Assembly: GCA_964016885.1 (NCBI GenBank)
Contig: OZ024741.1
Span: forward strand, 210,862,001 to 210,926,000
Source of the DNA: Eledone cirrhosa
Lineage: Eukaryota
DNA length: 64,000 bases
Direction: 5' to 3'
Below, one piece after another: positions 13,201 through 25,440 of this stretch; position 1 is the first letter of the stretch; every line of letters starts with the position of its first letter. Made by a program: the position numbers and the translations under genes. The notes beneath the pieces were generated by a model. That model was not told where the DNA came from. It searched no databases and worked only from the letters and a program-made list of their open reading frames with translations.

Positions 13201-16200
13201 CTCAGTCCACTGTCTCAGCCTCAGTCCACCTATCTCAGCCACAGTCCACTGTCTCAGCCACAGTCCACTGTCTCAGCCTCAGTTCACTGTCTCAGCCACA
13301 GTCCACTGTCTCAGCTACAGTCCACTGTCTGAGCCACAGTCCATTGTCTCAGCCTCAGTCCACTGTCTCAGCCTCAGTACACCTATCTCAGCCACAGTCC
13401 ACTGTCTCAGCCTCAGTCCACCTATCTCAGCCACAGTCCACCTATCTCAGCCACAGACCACTTATCTCAGTCTCAGTCCACCTATCTCAGTCTCAGTCCA
13501 ATGTCTCAGCCTCAGTCCACTTATCTCAGTCACAGTCCACCTATCTCAGTCTCAGTCCACTGTCTCAGCCACAGACCACTAATCTCAGTCTCAGTCCACC
13601 TATCTCAGTCTCAGTCCACCTATCTCAGCCTCAGTCCAACTATCTCAGCCACAGTCCACCTATCTCAGCCACAGTCCACTGTCTCATCCTCAGTCAACCT
13701 ATCTCAGCCACAGTCCACAGTCTCAGCCTCAGTCCACCTATCTCAGCCACAGTCTAACTGTCTCAGCCTCAGTCCACTCTCTCAGCCACAGTCCACTTAT
13801 GTCAGTCTCAGTCCACTGTCTCAGCCACAGTCCAATGTCTCAGCCACAGTCCACTGTCTCAGCCACAGTCCACAGTCTCAGCCTCAGTCCACCTATCTCA
13901 GTCTCAGTCCACCTATCTCAGTCTCAGTCCACCTATCTCAGCTTCAGTCCACCTCTCTCAGCCACAGTCCACCTATCTCAGCCTCAGTCCACTGTCTCAG
14001 TCTCAGTCCACTCTCTCAGCCACAGTCCACTGTCTCAGCCACAGTCCACCTATCTCAGCCTCAGTCCACTGTCTCAGTCTCAGTCCACTGTCTCAGCCAC
14101 AGTCCACCTATCTCAGCCACAGTCCACCTATCTCAGCCACAGACCACTTATCTCAGTCTCAGTCCACCTATCTCAGTCTCAGTCCACTGTCTCAGCCTCA
14201 GTCCACCTATCTCAGTCACAGTCCACCTATCTCAGTCTCAGTCCACTGTCTCAGCCACAGACCACTTATCTCAGCCACAGTCCACCTATCTCAGCCACAG
14301 TCCACTGTCTCATCCTCAGTCAACCTATCTCAGCCACAGTCCACAGTCTCAGCCTCAGTCCACCTATCTCAGTCTCAGTCCACCTACCTCAGCCTCAGTC
14401 CACCTATCTCAGCCTCAGTCCACCTATCTCAGCCACAGTCCACCTATCTCAGCCACAGTCCACTGTCTCAGCCACAGTCCATTGTCTCAGCCTCAGTCCA
14501 CTGTCTCAGCCTCAGTACACCTATCTCAGCCACAGTCCACTGTCTCAGCCTCAGTCCACCTATCTCAGCCACAGTCCACCTATCTCAGCCACAGTCCACT
14601 GTCTCAACCACAGTCCACTGTCTCAGCCTCAGTCCACTGTCTCAGCCTCAGTCCACCTATCTCAGCCACAGTCCACTGTCTCAGCCACAGTCCACTGTCT
14701 CAGCCTCAGTTCACTGTCTCAGCCACAGTCCACTGTCTCAGCTACAGTCCACTGTCTGAGCCACAGTCCATTGTCTCAGCCTCAGTCCACTGTCTCAGCC
14801 TCAGTACACCTATCTCAGCCACAGTCCACTGTCTCAGCCTCAGTCCACCTATCTCAGCCACAGTCCACCTATCTCAGCCACAGACCACTTATCTCAGTCT
14901 CAGTCCACCTATCTCAGTCTCAGTCCACTGTCTCAGCCTCAGTCCACCTATCTCAGTCACAGTCCACCTATCTCAGTCTCAGTCCACTGTCTCAGCCACA
15001 GACCACTAATCTCAGTCTCAGTCCACCTATCTCAGTCTCAGTCCACCTATCTCAGCCTCAGTCCAACTATCTCAGCCACAGTCCACCTATCTCAGCCACA
15101 GTCCACTGTCTCATCCTCAGTCAACCTATCTCAGCCACAGTCCACAGTCTCAGCCTCAGTCCACCTATCTCAGCCACAGTCTCACTGTCTCAGCCTCAGT
15201 CCACTCTCTCAGCCACAGTCCACTTATGTCAGTCTCAGTCCACTGTCTCAGCCACAGTCCAATGTCTCAGCCTCAGTCCACTGTCTCAGCCACAGTCCAC
15301 AGTCTCAGCCTCAGTCCACCTATCTCAGTCTCAGTCCACCTATCTCAGTCTCAGTCCACCTATCTCAGCTTCAGTCCACCTCTCTCAGCCACAGTCCACC
15401 TATCTCAGCCTCAGTCCACTGTCTCAGTCTCAGTCCACTCTCTCAGCCACAGTCCACTGTCTCAGCCACAGTCCACCTATCTCAGCCTCAGTCCACTGTC
15501 TCAGTCTCAGTCCACTGTCTCAGCCACAGTCCACCTATCTCAGCCACAGTCCACCTATCTCAGCCACAGACCACTTATCTCAGTCTCAGTCCACCTATCT
15601 CAGTCTCAGTCCACTGTCTCAGCCTCAGTCCACCTATCTCAGTCACAGTCCACCTATCTCAGTCTCAGTCCACTGTCTCAGCCACAGACCACTTATCTCA
15701 GTCTCAGTCCACCTATCTCAGCCTCAGTCCACCTATCTCAGCCACAGTCCACCTATCTCAGCCACAGTCCACTGTCTCATCCTCAGTCAACCTATCTCAG
15801 CCACAGTCCACAGTCTCAGCCTCAGTCCACCTATCTCAGTCTCAGTCCACCTACCTCAGCCTCAGTCCACCTATCTCAGCCATAGTCCACCTATCTCAGC
15901 CACAGTCCACTGTCTCATCCTCAGTCAACCTATCTCAGCCACAGTCCACAGTCTCAGCCTCAGTCCACTGTCTCAGTCTCAGTCCACTGTCTCAGCCACA
16001 GTCCACTGTCTCAGCCTCAGTACACCTATCTCAGCCACAGTCCACTGTCTCAGCCTCAGTACACCTATCTCAGTCTCAGTCCACTGTCTCAGCCACAGTC
16101 CACTGTCTCAGCCACAATCCACCTAACTCAGCCAGAGTCCACTGTCTCAGCCACAGTCCACTGTCTCAGCCTCAGTCCACTGTCTCAGCCTCAGTCCACC

Positions 16201-18395
16201 TATCTCAGCCACAGTCCACCTATCTCAGCCACAGTCCACTGTCTCAGCCTCAGTCCACCTATCTCAGCCACAGTCCACCTATCTCAGTCTCAGTCCACCT
16301 ACCTCAGCCTCAGTCCACCTATCTCAGCCTCATTCCACCTATCTCAGCCACAGTCCACCTATCTCAGCCACAGTGCACTGTCTCATCCTCAGTCAACCTA
16401 TCTCAGCCACAGTCCACAGTCTCAGCCTCAGTCCACCTATCTCAGTCTCAGTCCACCTACCTCAGCCTCAGTCCACCTATCTCAGCCATAGTCCACCTAT
16501 CTCAGCCACAGTCCACTGTCTCATCCTCAGTCAACCTATCTCAGCCTCAGTCCACTGTCTCAGTCTCAGTCCACTGTCTCAGCCACGGTCCACTGTCTCA
16601 GCCTCAGTACACCTATCTCAGCCACAGTCCACTGTCTCAGCCTCAGTACACCTATCTCAGTCTCAGTCCACTGTCTCAGCCACAGTCCACTGTCTCAGCC
16701 ACAATCCACCTAACTCAGCCAGAGTCCACTGTCTCAGCCACAGTCCACTGTCTCAGCCTCAGTCCAGTGTCAGCCTCAGTCCACCTATCTCAGCCACAGT
16801 CCACCTATCTCAGCCACAGTCCACTGTCTCAGCCTGAGTCCACCTATCTCAGCCACAGTCCACCTATCTCAGTCTCAGTCCACCTACCTCAGCCTCAGTC
16901 CACCTATCTCAGCCACAGTCCACGTATCTCAGCCACAGTCCACTATCTCAGCCTCAGTCCACTGTCTCAGTCTCAGTCCACAGTCTCAGCCACAGTCCAC
17001 TGTCTCAGCCACAGTCCACCTATCTCAGCCACAGTCCACTGTCTCAGCCTCAGTCCACCTATCTCAGCCACAGTCCACCTATCTCAGCCACAGTCCACTG
17101 TCTCAGCCTCAGTCCACCTATCTCAGCCACAGTCCACCTATCTCAGCCACAGTCCACTGTCTCAGCCACAGTCCATTGTCTCAGCCTCAGTCCACTGTCT
17201 CAGCCTCAGTACACCTATCTCAGCCACAGTCCACTGTCTCAGCCTCAGTCCACCTATCTCAGCCACAGTCCACCTATCTCAGCCACAGTCCACTGTCTCA
17301 ACCACAGTCCACTGTCTCAGCCTCAGTCCACTGTCTCAGCCTCAGTCCACCTATCTCAGCCACAGTCCACTGTCTCAGCCACAGTCCACTGTCTCAGCCT
17401 CAGTTCACTGTCTCAGCCACAGTCCACTGTCTCAGCTACAGTCCACTGTCTGAGCCACAGTCCATTGTCTCAGCCTCAGTCCACTGTCTCAGCCTCAGTA
17501 CACCTATCTCAGCCACAGTCCACTGTCTCAGCCTCAGTCCACCTATCTCAGCCACAGTCCACCTATCTCAGCCACAGACCACTTATCTCAGTCTCAGTCC
17601 ACCTATCTCAGTCTCAGTCCAATGTCTCAGCCTCAGTCCACTTATCTCAGTCACAGTCCACCTATCTCAGTCTCAGTCCACTGTCTCAGCCACAGACCAC
17701 TAATCTCAGTCTCAGTCCACCTATCTCAGTCTCAGTCCACCTATCTCAGCCTCAGTCCAACTATCTCAGCCACAGTCCACCTATCTCAGCCACAGTCCAC
17801 TGTCTCATCCTCAGTCAACCTATCTCAGCCACAGTCCACAGTCTCAGCCTCAGTCCACCTATCTCAGCCACAGTCTAACTGTCTCAGCCTCAGTCCACTC
17901 TCTCAGCCACAGTCCACTTATGTCAGTCTCAGTCCACTGTCTCAGCCACAGTCCAATGTCTCAGCCACAGTCCACTGTCTCAGCCACAGTCCACAGTCTC
18001 AGCCTCAGTCCACCTATCTCAGTCTCAGTCCACCTATCTCAGTCTCAGTCCACCTATCTCAGCTTCAGTCCACCTCTCTCAGCCACAGTCCACCTATCTC
18101 AGCCTCAGTCCACTGTCTCAGTCTCAGTCCACTCTCTCAGCCACAGTCCACTGTCTCAGCCACAGTCCACCTATCTCAGCCTCAGTCCACTGTCTCAGTC
18201 TCAGTCCACTGTCTCAGCCACAGTCCACCTATCTCAGCCACAGTCCACCTATCTCAGCCACAGACCACTTATCTCAGTCTCAGTCCACCTATCTCAGTCT
18301 CAGTCCACTGTCTCAGCCTCAGTCCACCTATCTCAGTCACAGTCCACCTATCTCAGTCTCAGTCCACTGTCTCAGCCACAGACCACTTATCTCAG
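10286..18395 (+). repeat. Near-identical direct duplication, offset 4121 bp (10286-14274 vs 14407-18395)
   Basis: Seven ORF-track starts pair at +4121 (11105/15226, 12252/16373, 12646/16767, 13055/17176, 13344/17465, 13501/17622, 13799/17920), as do ATTG 10360/14481 and ACCACTTAT 14261/18382. Confidence 0.92.
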
Positions 18396-21300
18396 TCTCA
18401 GTCCACCTATCTCAGCCTCAGTCCACCTATCTCAGCCACAGTCCACCTATCTCAGCCACAGTCCACTGTCTCATCCTCAGTCAACCTATCTCAGCCACAG
18501 TCCACAGTCTCAGCCTCAGTCCACCTATCTCAGTCTCAGTCCACCTACCTCAGCCTCAGTCCACCTATCTCAGCCATAGTCCACCTATCTCAGCCACAGT
18601 CCACTGTCTCATCCTCAGTCAACCTATCTCAGCCACAGTCCACAGTCTCAGCCTCAGTCCACTGTCTCAGTCTCAGTCCACTGTCTCAGCCACAGTCCAC
18701 TGTCTCAGCCTCAGTACACCTATCTCAGCCACAGTCCACTGTCTCAGCCTCAGTACACCTATCTCAGTCTCAGTCCACTGTCTCAGCCACAGTCCACTGT
18801 CTCAGCCACAATCCACCTAACTCAGCCAGAGTCCACTGTCTCAGCCACAGTCCACTGTCTCAGCCTCAGTCCACTGTCTCAGCCTCAGTCCACCTATCTC
18901 AGCCACAGTCCACCTATCTCAGCCACAGTCCACTGTCTCAGCCTCAGTCCACCTATCTCAGCCACAGTCCACCTATCTCAGTCTCAGTCCACCTACCTCA
19001 GCCTCAGTCCACCTATCTCAGCCTCAGTCCACCTATCTCAGCCACAGTCCACCTATCTCAGCCACAGTGCACTGTCTCATCCTCAGTCAACCTATCTCAG
19101 CCACAGTCCACAGTCTCAGCCTCAGTCCACCTATCTCAGTCTCAGTCCACCTACCTCAGCCTCAGTCCACCTATCTCAGCCATAGTCCACCTATCTCAGC
19201 CACAGTCCACTGTCTCATCCTCAGTCAACCTATCTCAGCCTCAGTCCACTGTCTCAGTCTCAGTCCACTGTCTCAGCCACAGTCCACTGTCTCAGCCTCA
19301 GTACACCTATCTCAGCCACAGTCCACTGTCTCAGCCTCAGTACACCTATCTCAGTCTCAGTCCACTGTCTCAGCCACAGTCCACTGTCTCAGCCACAATC
19401 CACCTAACTCAGCCAGAGTCCACTGTCTCAGCCACAGTCCACTGTCTCAGCCTCAGTCCACTGTGTCAGCCTCAGTCCACCTATCTCAGCCACAGTCCAC
19501 CTATCTCAGCCACAGTCCACTGTCTCAGCCTCAGTCCACCTATCTCAGCCACAGTCCACCTATCTCAGTCTCAGTCCACCTACCTCAGCCTCAGTCCACC
19601 TATCTCAGCCACAGTCCACGTATCTCAGCCACAGTCCACTATCTCAGCCTCAGTCCACTGTCTCAGTCTCAGTCCACAGTCTCAGCCACAGTCCACTGTC
19701 TCAGCCACAGTCCACCTATCTCAGCCACAGTCCACTGTCTCAGCCTCAGTCCACCTATCTCAGCCACAGTCCACCTATCTCTGCCACAGTCCACTGTCTC
19801 AGCCTCAGTCCACCTATCTCAGCCACAGTCCACCTATCTCAGCCACAGTCCACTGTCTCAGCCACAGTCCATTGTCTCAGCCTCAGTCCACTGTCTCAGC
19901 CTCAGTACACCTATCTCAGCCACAGTCCACTGTCTCAGCCTCAGTCCACCTATCTCAGCCACAGTCCACCTATCTCAGCCACAGTCCACTGTCTCAGCCA
20001 CAGTCCACTGTCTCAGCCTCAGTCCACTGTCTCAGCCTCAGTCCACCTATCTCAGCCACAGTCCACTGTCTCAGCCACAGTCCACTGTCTCAGCCTCAGT
20101 TCACTGTCTCAGCCACAGTCCACTGTCTCAGCTACAGTCCACTGTCTGAGCCACAGTCCATTGTCTCAGCCTCAGTCCACTGTCTCAGCCTCAGTACACC
20201 TATCTCAGCCACAGTCCACTGTCTCAGCCTCAGTCCACCTATCTCAGCCACAGTCCACCTATCTCAGCCACAGTCCACTGTCTCAGCCACAGTCCATTGT
20301 CTCAGCCTCAGTCCACTGTCTCATCCTCAGTACACCTATCTCAGCCACAGTCCACTGTCTCAGCCTCAGTCCACCTATCTCAGCCACAGTCCACCTATCT
20401 CAGCCACAGTCCACTGTCTCAGCCACAGTCCATTGTCTCAGCCTCAGTCCACCGTCTCAGCCTCAGTACACCTATCTCAGCCACAGTCCACTGTCTCAGC
20501 CACAATCCACCTATCTCAGCCAGAGTCCACCGTCTCAGCCACAGTCCACTGTCTCAGCCACAGTCCACTGTCTCAGTCTCATTCCACTGTCTCAGCCTCA
20601 GTCCACCTATCTCAGTCTCAGTCCACTGTCTCTGCCTCAGTCCACCTATCTCAGTCACAGTCCACTGTCTCAGCCACAGTCCACTGTCTCAGCCACAGTC
20701 CACCTATCTCAGCCACAGTCCACCTATCTCAGCCACAGTCCACTTATCTCAGTCTCAGTCCACTGTCTCAGCCACAGTCCACTGTCTCAGTCTCAGTCCA
20801 CTGTCTCAGCCTCAGTCCACTGTCTCAGCCTCAGTCCACTGTCTTAGCCTCAGTCCACCTATCTCAGTCTCAGTTCACTGTCTCAGCCACAGTCCACTGT
20901 CTCTATCTCGGTCCACCTATCTCAGCCACAGTCCACTGTCTCAGCCACAGTCCACTGTCTCAGCCACAGTCCACTGTCTCAGCTACAGTCCACTGTCTCG
21001 GCCACAGTCCACTGTCTCAGCCTCAGTCCACTGTCTCAGCCACAGTCCACTTATCTCAGCCTCAGTCCACTGTCTCAGTCTCAGTCCACCTATCTCAGCC
21101 ACAGTCCACTTATCTCAGCCACAGTCCACTGTCTCAGCCTCAGTCCACTGTCTCAGCCACAGTCCACCTATCTCAACCACAGTCCACTGTCTCAGCCTCA
21201 GTTCACCTATCTCAGCCACAGTCCACCTATCTCAGTCTCAGTCCACTGTCTCAGCCACAGTCCACCTATCTCAGCCACAGTCCACTGTCTCAGCCTCAGT

Positions 21301-21561
21301 TCACCTATCTCAACCACAGTCCACCTATCTCAGTCTCAGTCCACTGTCTCAGCCACAGTCCACTGTCTCAGCCACAGTCCACCTATCTCAGCCACAGTCC
21401 ACTGTCTCAGCCTCAGTTCACCTATCTCAACCACAGTCCACCTATCTCAGCCTCAGTCCACTGTCTCAGCCTCAGTTCACCTATCTCAGCCACAGTCCAC
21501 TGTCTCAGCCACAGTCCACCTATCTCAGCCACAGTCCACTGTCTCAGCCACAGTCCACCTA

Positions 21562-24500
21562 TCTCAGCCACAGTCCACCTATCTAAGCCACAGTCCACTG
21601 TCTCAGCCTCAGTTCACCTATCTCAACCACAGTCCACCTATCTCAGTCTCAGTCCACTGTCTCAGCCACAGTCCACTGTCTCAGCCTCAGTTCACCTATC
21701 TCAACCACAGTCCACCTATCTCAGCCTCAGTCCACTGTCTCAGCCACAGTCCACCTATCTCAGCCACAGTCCACTGTCTCAGCCACAGTCCACTGTCTCA
21801 GTCTCAGTCCACCTATCTCAGCCACAGTCCACTGTCTCAGCCACAGTCTACCTATCTCAGCCACAGTCCACCTATCTCAGCCACAGTCCACTGTCTCAGC
21901 CACAGTCCACCTATCTCAGTCTCAGTCCACTGTCTCAGCCACAGTCCACTGTCTCAGTCTCAGTCCACCTATCTCAGCCACAGTCCACTGTCTCAGCCAC
22001 AGTCCACCTATCTCAGCCACAGTCCACTGTCTCAGCCACATTCCACCTATCTCAGTCTCAGTCCACTGTCTCAGCCACAGTCCACTGTCTCATTCTCAGT
22101 CCACCTATCTCAGCCACAGTCCACTGTCTCAGCCACAGTCCACCTATCTCAGCCACAGTCCACCTATCTCAGCCACAGTCCACCTATCTCACCCTCAGTC
22201 CACTGTCTCAGCCACAGTCCACCTATCTCAGCCTCAGTCCACTGTCTCAGCCTCAGTCCACTGTCTCAGCCTCAGTCCACCTATCTCAGCCTCAGTCCAC
22301 TGTCTCAGCCTCAGTCCACTGTCTCAGCCTCAGTCCACCTATCTCAGCCACAGTCCACTGTCTCACCCTCAGTCCACCGTCTCAGCCACAGTCCACTGTC
22401 TCAGCCACAGTCCACTGTCTCAGCCACAGTCCACTGTCTCAGCCACAGTCCACTGTCTCAGCCTCAGTTCACCTATCTCAACCACAGTCCACTGTCTCAG
22501 CCTCAGTTCACCTATCTCAACCACAGTCCACTGTCTCAGCCTCAGTCCACTGTCTCAGCCTCAGTTCACCTATCTCAACCACAGTCCACTGTCTCAGCCT
22601 CAGTCCACTGTCTCAGCCACAGTCCACTGTCTCAGCCACAGTCCACTGTCTCAGCCTCAGTCCACTGTCTCAGCCACAGTCCACTGTCTCAGTCTCAGTC
22701 CACTGTCTCAGCCTCAGTCCACCTATCTCAGCCACAGTCCACTGTCTCAACCACAGTCCACTGTCTCAGCCTCAGTTCACCTATCTCAACCACAGTCCAC
22801 TGTCTCAGCCTCAGTCCACTGTCTCAGCCACAGTCCACTGTCTCAGCCTCAGTCCACTGTCTCAGCCACAGTCCACCTATCTCAGCCACAGTCCACTGTC
22901 TCAGCCACAGTCCACCTATCTCAGCCACAGTCCACTGTCTCAGCCACAGTCCACCTATCTCGGCCACAGTACACTGTCTCAGCCTCAGTTCACCTATCTC
23001 AACCACAGTCCACTGTCTCAGCCTCAGTTCACCTATCTCAGCCACAGTCCACTGTCTCAGCCACAGTCCACCTATCTCAGCCACAGTCCACTGTCTCAGC
23101 CTCAGTTCACCTATCTCAACCACAGTCCACTGTCTCAGCCTCAGTTCACCTATCTCAGCCACAGTCCACCTATCTCAGTCTCAGTCCACTGTCTCAGCCA
23201 CAGTCCACCTATCTCAGCCACAGTCCACTGTCTCAGCCACAGTCCACCTATCTCAACCACAGTCCACTGTCTCAGCCACAGTCCACCTATCTAAGCCACA
23301 GTCCACTGTCTCAGCCTCAGTTCACCTATCTCAACCACAGTCCACCTATCTCAGTCTCAGTCCACTGTCTCAGCCACAGTCCACTGTCTCAGCCTCAGTT
23401 CACCTATCTCAACCACAGTCCACCTATCTCAGCCTCAGTCCACTGTCTCAGCCACAGTCCACCTATCTCAGCCACAGTCCACTGTCTCAGCCACAGTCCA
23501 CTGTCTCAGTCTCAGTCCACCTATCTCAGCCACAGTCCACTGTCTCAGCCACAGTCCACCTATCTCAGCCACAGTCCACCTATCTCAGCCACAGTCCACT
23601 GTCTCAGCCACAGTCCACCTATCTCAGTCTCAGTCCACTGTCTCAGCCACAGTCCACTGTCTCAGTCTCAGTCCACCTATCTCAGCCACAGTCCACTGTC
23701 TCAGCCACAGTCCACCTATCTCAGCCACAGTCCACTGTCTCAGCCACATTCCACCTATCTCAGTCTCAGTCCACTGTCTCAGCCACAGTCCACTGTCTCA
23801 TTCTCAGTCCACCTATCTCAGCCACAGTCCACTGTCTCAGCCACAGTCCACCTATCTCAGCCACAGTCCACCTATCTCAGCCACAGTCCACCTATCTCAC
23901 CCTCAGTCCACTGTCTCAGCCACAGTCCACCTATCTCAGCCTCAGTCCACTGTCTCAGCCTCAGTCCACTGTCTCAGCCTCAGTCCACCTATCTCAGCCT
24001 CAGTCCACTGTCTCAGCCTCAGTCCACTGTCTCAGCCTCAGTCCACCTATCTCAGCCACAGTCCACTGTCTCACCCTCAGTCCACCGTCTCAGCCACAGT
24101 CCACTGTCTCAGCCACAGTCCACTGTCTCAGCCACAGTCCACTGTCTCAGCCACAGTCCACTGTCTCAGCCTCAGTTCACCTATCTCAACCACAGTCCAC
24201 TGTCTCAGCCTCAGTTCACCTATCTCAACCACAGTCCACTGTCTCAGCCTCAGTCCACTGTCTCAGCCTCAGTTCACCTATCTCAACCACAGTCCACTGT
24301 CTCAGCCTCAGTCCACTGTCTCAGCCACAGTCCACTGTCTCAGCCACAGTCCACTGTCTCAGCCTCAGTCCACTGTCTCAGCCACAGTCCACTGTCTCAG
24401 TCTCAGTCCACTGTCTCAGCCTCAGTCCACCTATCTCAGCCACAGTCCACTGTCTCAACCACAGTCCACTGTCTCAGCCTCAGTTCACCTATCTCAACCA

Positions 24501-24946
24501 CAGTCCACTGTCTCAGCCTCAGTCCACTGTCTCAGCCACAGTCCACTGTCTCAGCCTCAGTCCACTGTCTCAGCCACAGTCCACCTATCTCAGCCACAGT
24601 CCACTGTCTCAGCCACAGTCCACCTATCTCAGCCACAGTCCACTGTCTCAGCCACAGTCCACCTATCTCGGCCACAGTACACTGTCTCAGCCTCAGTTCA
24701 CCTATCTCAACCACAGTCCACTGTCTCAGCCTCAGTTCACCTATCTCAGCCACAGTCCACTGTCTCAGCCACAGTCCACCTATCTCAGCCACAGTCCACT
24801 GTCTCAGCCTCAGTTCACCTATCTCAACCACAGTCCACTGTCTCAGCCTCAGTTCACCTATCTCAGCCACAGTCCACCTATCTCAGTCTCAGTCCACTGT
24901 CTCAGCCACAGTCCACCTATCTCAGCCACAGTCCACTGTCTCAGCC
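21562..24946 (+). repeat. Tandem duplication, offset 1708 bp
   Basis: ATCTAAGCC 21581/23289, TCTCACCCTC 22361/24069, and identical - strand ORFs at 22824/24532. Confidence 0.9.
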
Positions 24947-25440
24947 TCAGTTCACCTATCTCAGCCACAGTCCACCTATCTCAGTCTCAGTCCACTGTCT
25001 CAGCCACAGTCCACCTATCTCAGCCACAGTCCACTGTCTCAGCCTCAGTTCACCTATCTCAACCACAGTCCACCTATCTCAGTCTCAGTCCACTGTCTCA
25101 GCCACAGTCCACCTATCTCAGCCACAGTCCACTGTCTCAGCCTCAGTTCACCTATCTCAACCACAGTCCACCTATCTCAGTCTCAGTCCACTGTCTCAGC
25201 CACAGTCCACCTATCTCAACCACAGTCCACTGTCTCAGCCTCAGTTCACCTATCTCAGCCACAGTCCACCTATCTCAGTCTCAGTCCACTGTCTCAGCCA
25301 CAGTCCACCTATCTCAGCCACAGTCCACTGTCTCAGCCTCAGTTCACCTATCTCAACCACAGTCCACCTATCTCAGTCTCAGTCCACTGTCTCAGCCACA
25401 GTCCACTGTCTCAGCCACAGTCCACCTATCTCAGCCACAG
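24843..25440 (+). repeat. 98-bp five-monomer higher-order repeat (20+20+19+20+19), about 6 copies
   Basis: GTTCAC at 24852, 24950, 25048, 25146, 25244 and 25342. The same run recurs from about 28080, 32196 and 34164. Confidence 0.88.

Larger units (their letters stand above)
1..21167 (+). repeat. Domain A: variant-rich sub-array with a ~2.7-kb higher-order repeat
   Basis: Characteristic variants: TCTCATCCTCAGTCAAC, CAGACCACTTAT, CAGTACACC, CTACCTCAG, GCCATAG, CAATCCACCTAACTCAGCCAGAG. Marker CTTATGTCAG (ATG at 1364, 4443, 7119, 11105, 13799, 15226, 17920) and GTGCACTG (2511, 5590, 8266, 9558, 12252, 16373, 19067) give spacings of 3079, 2676, 2694 and 4121 plus truncated units. Confidence 0.9.
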
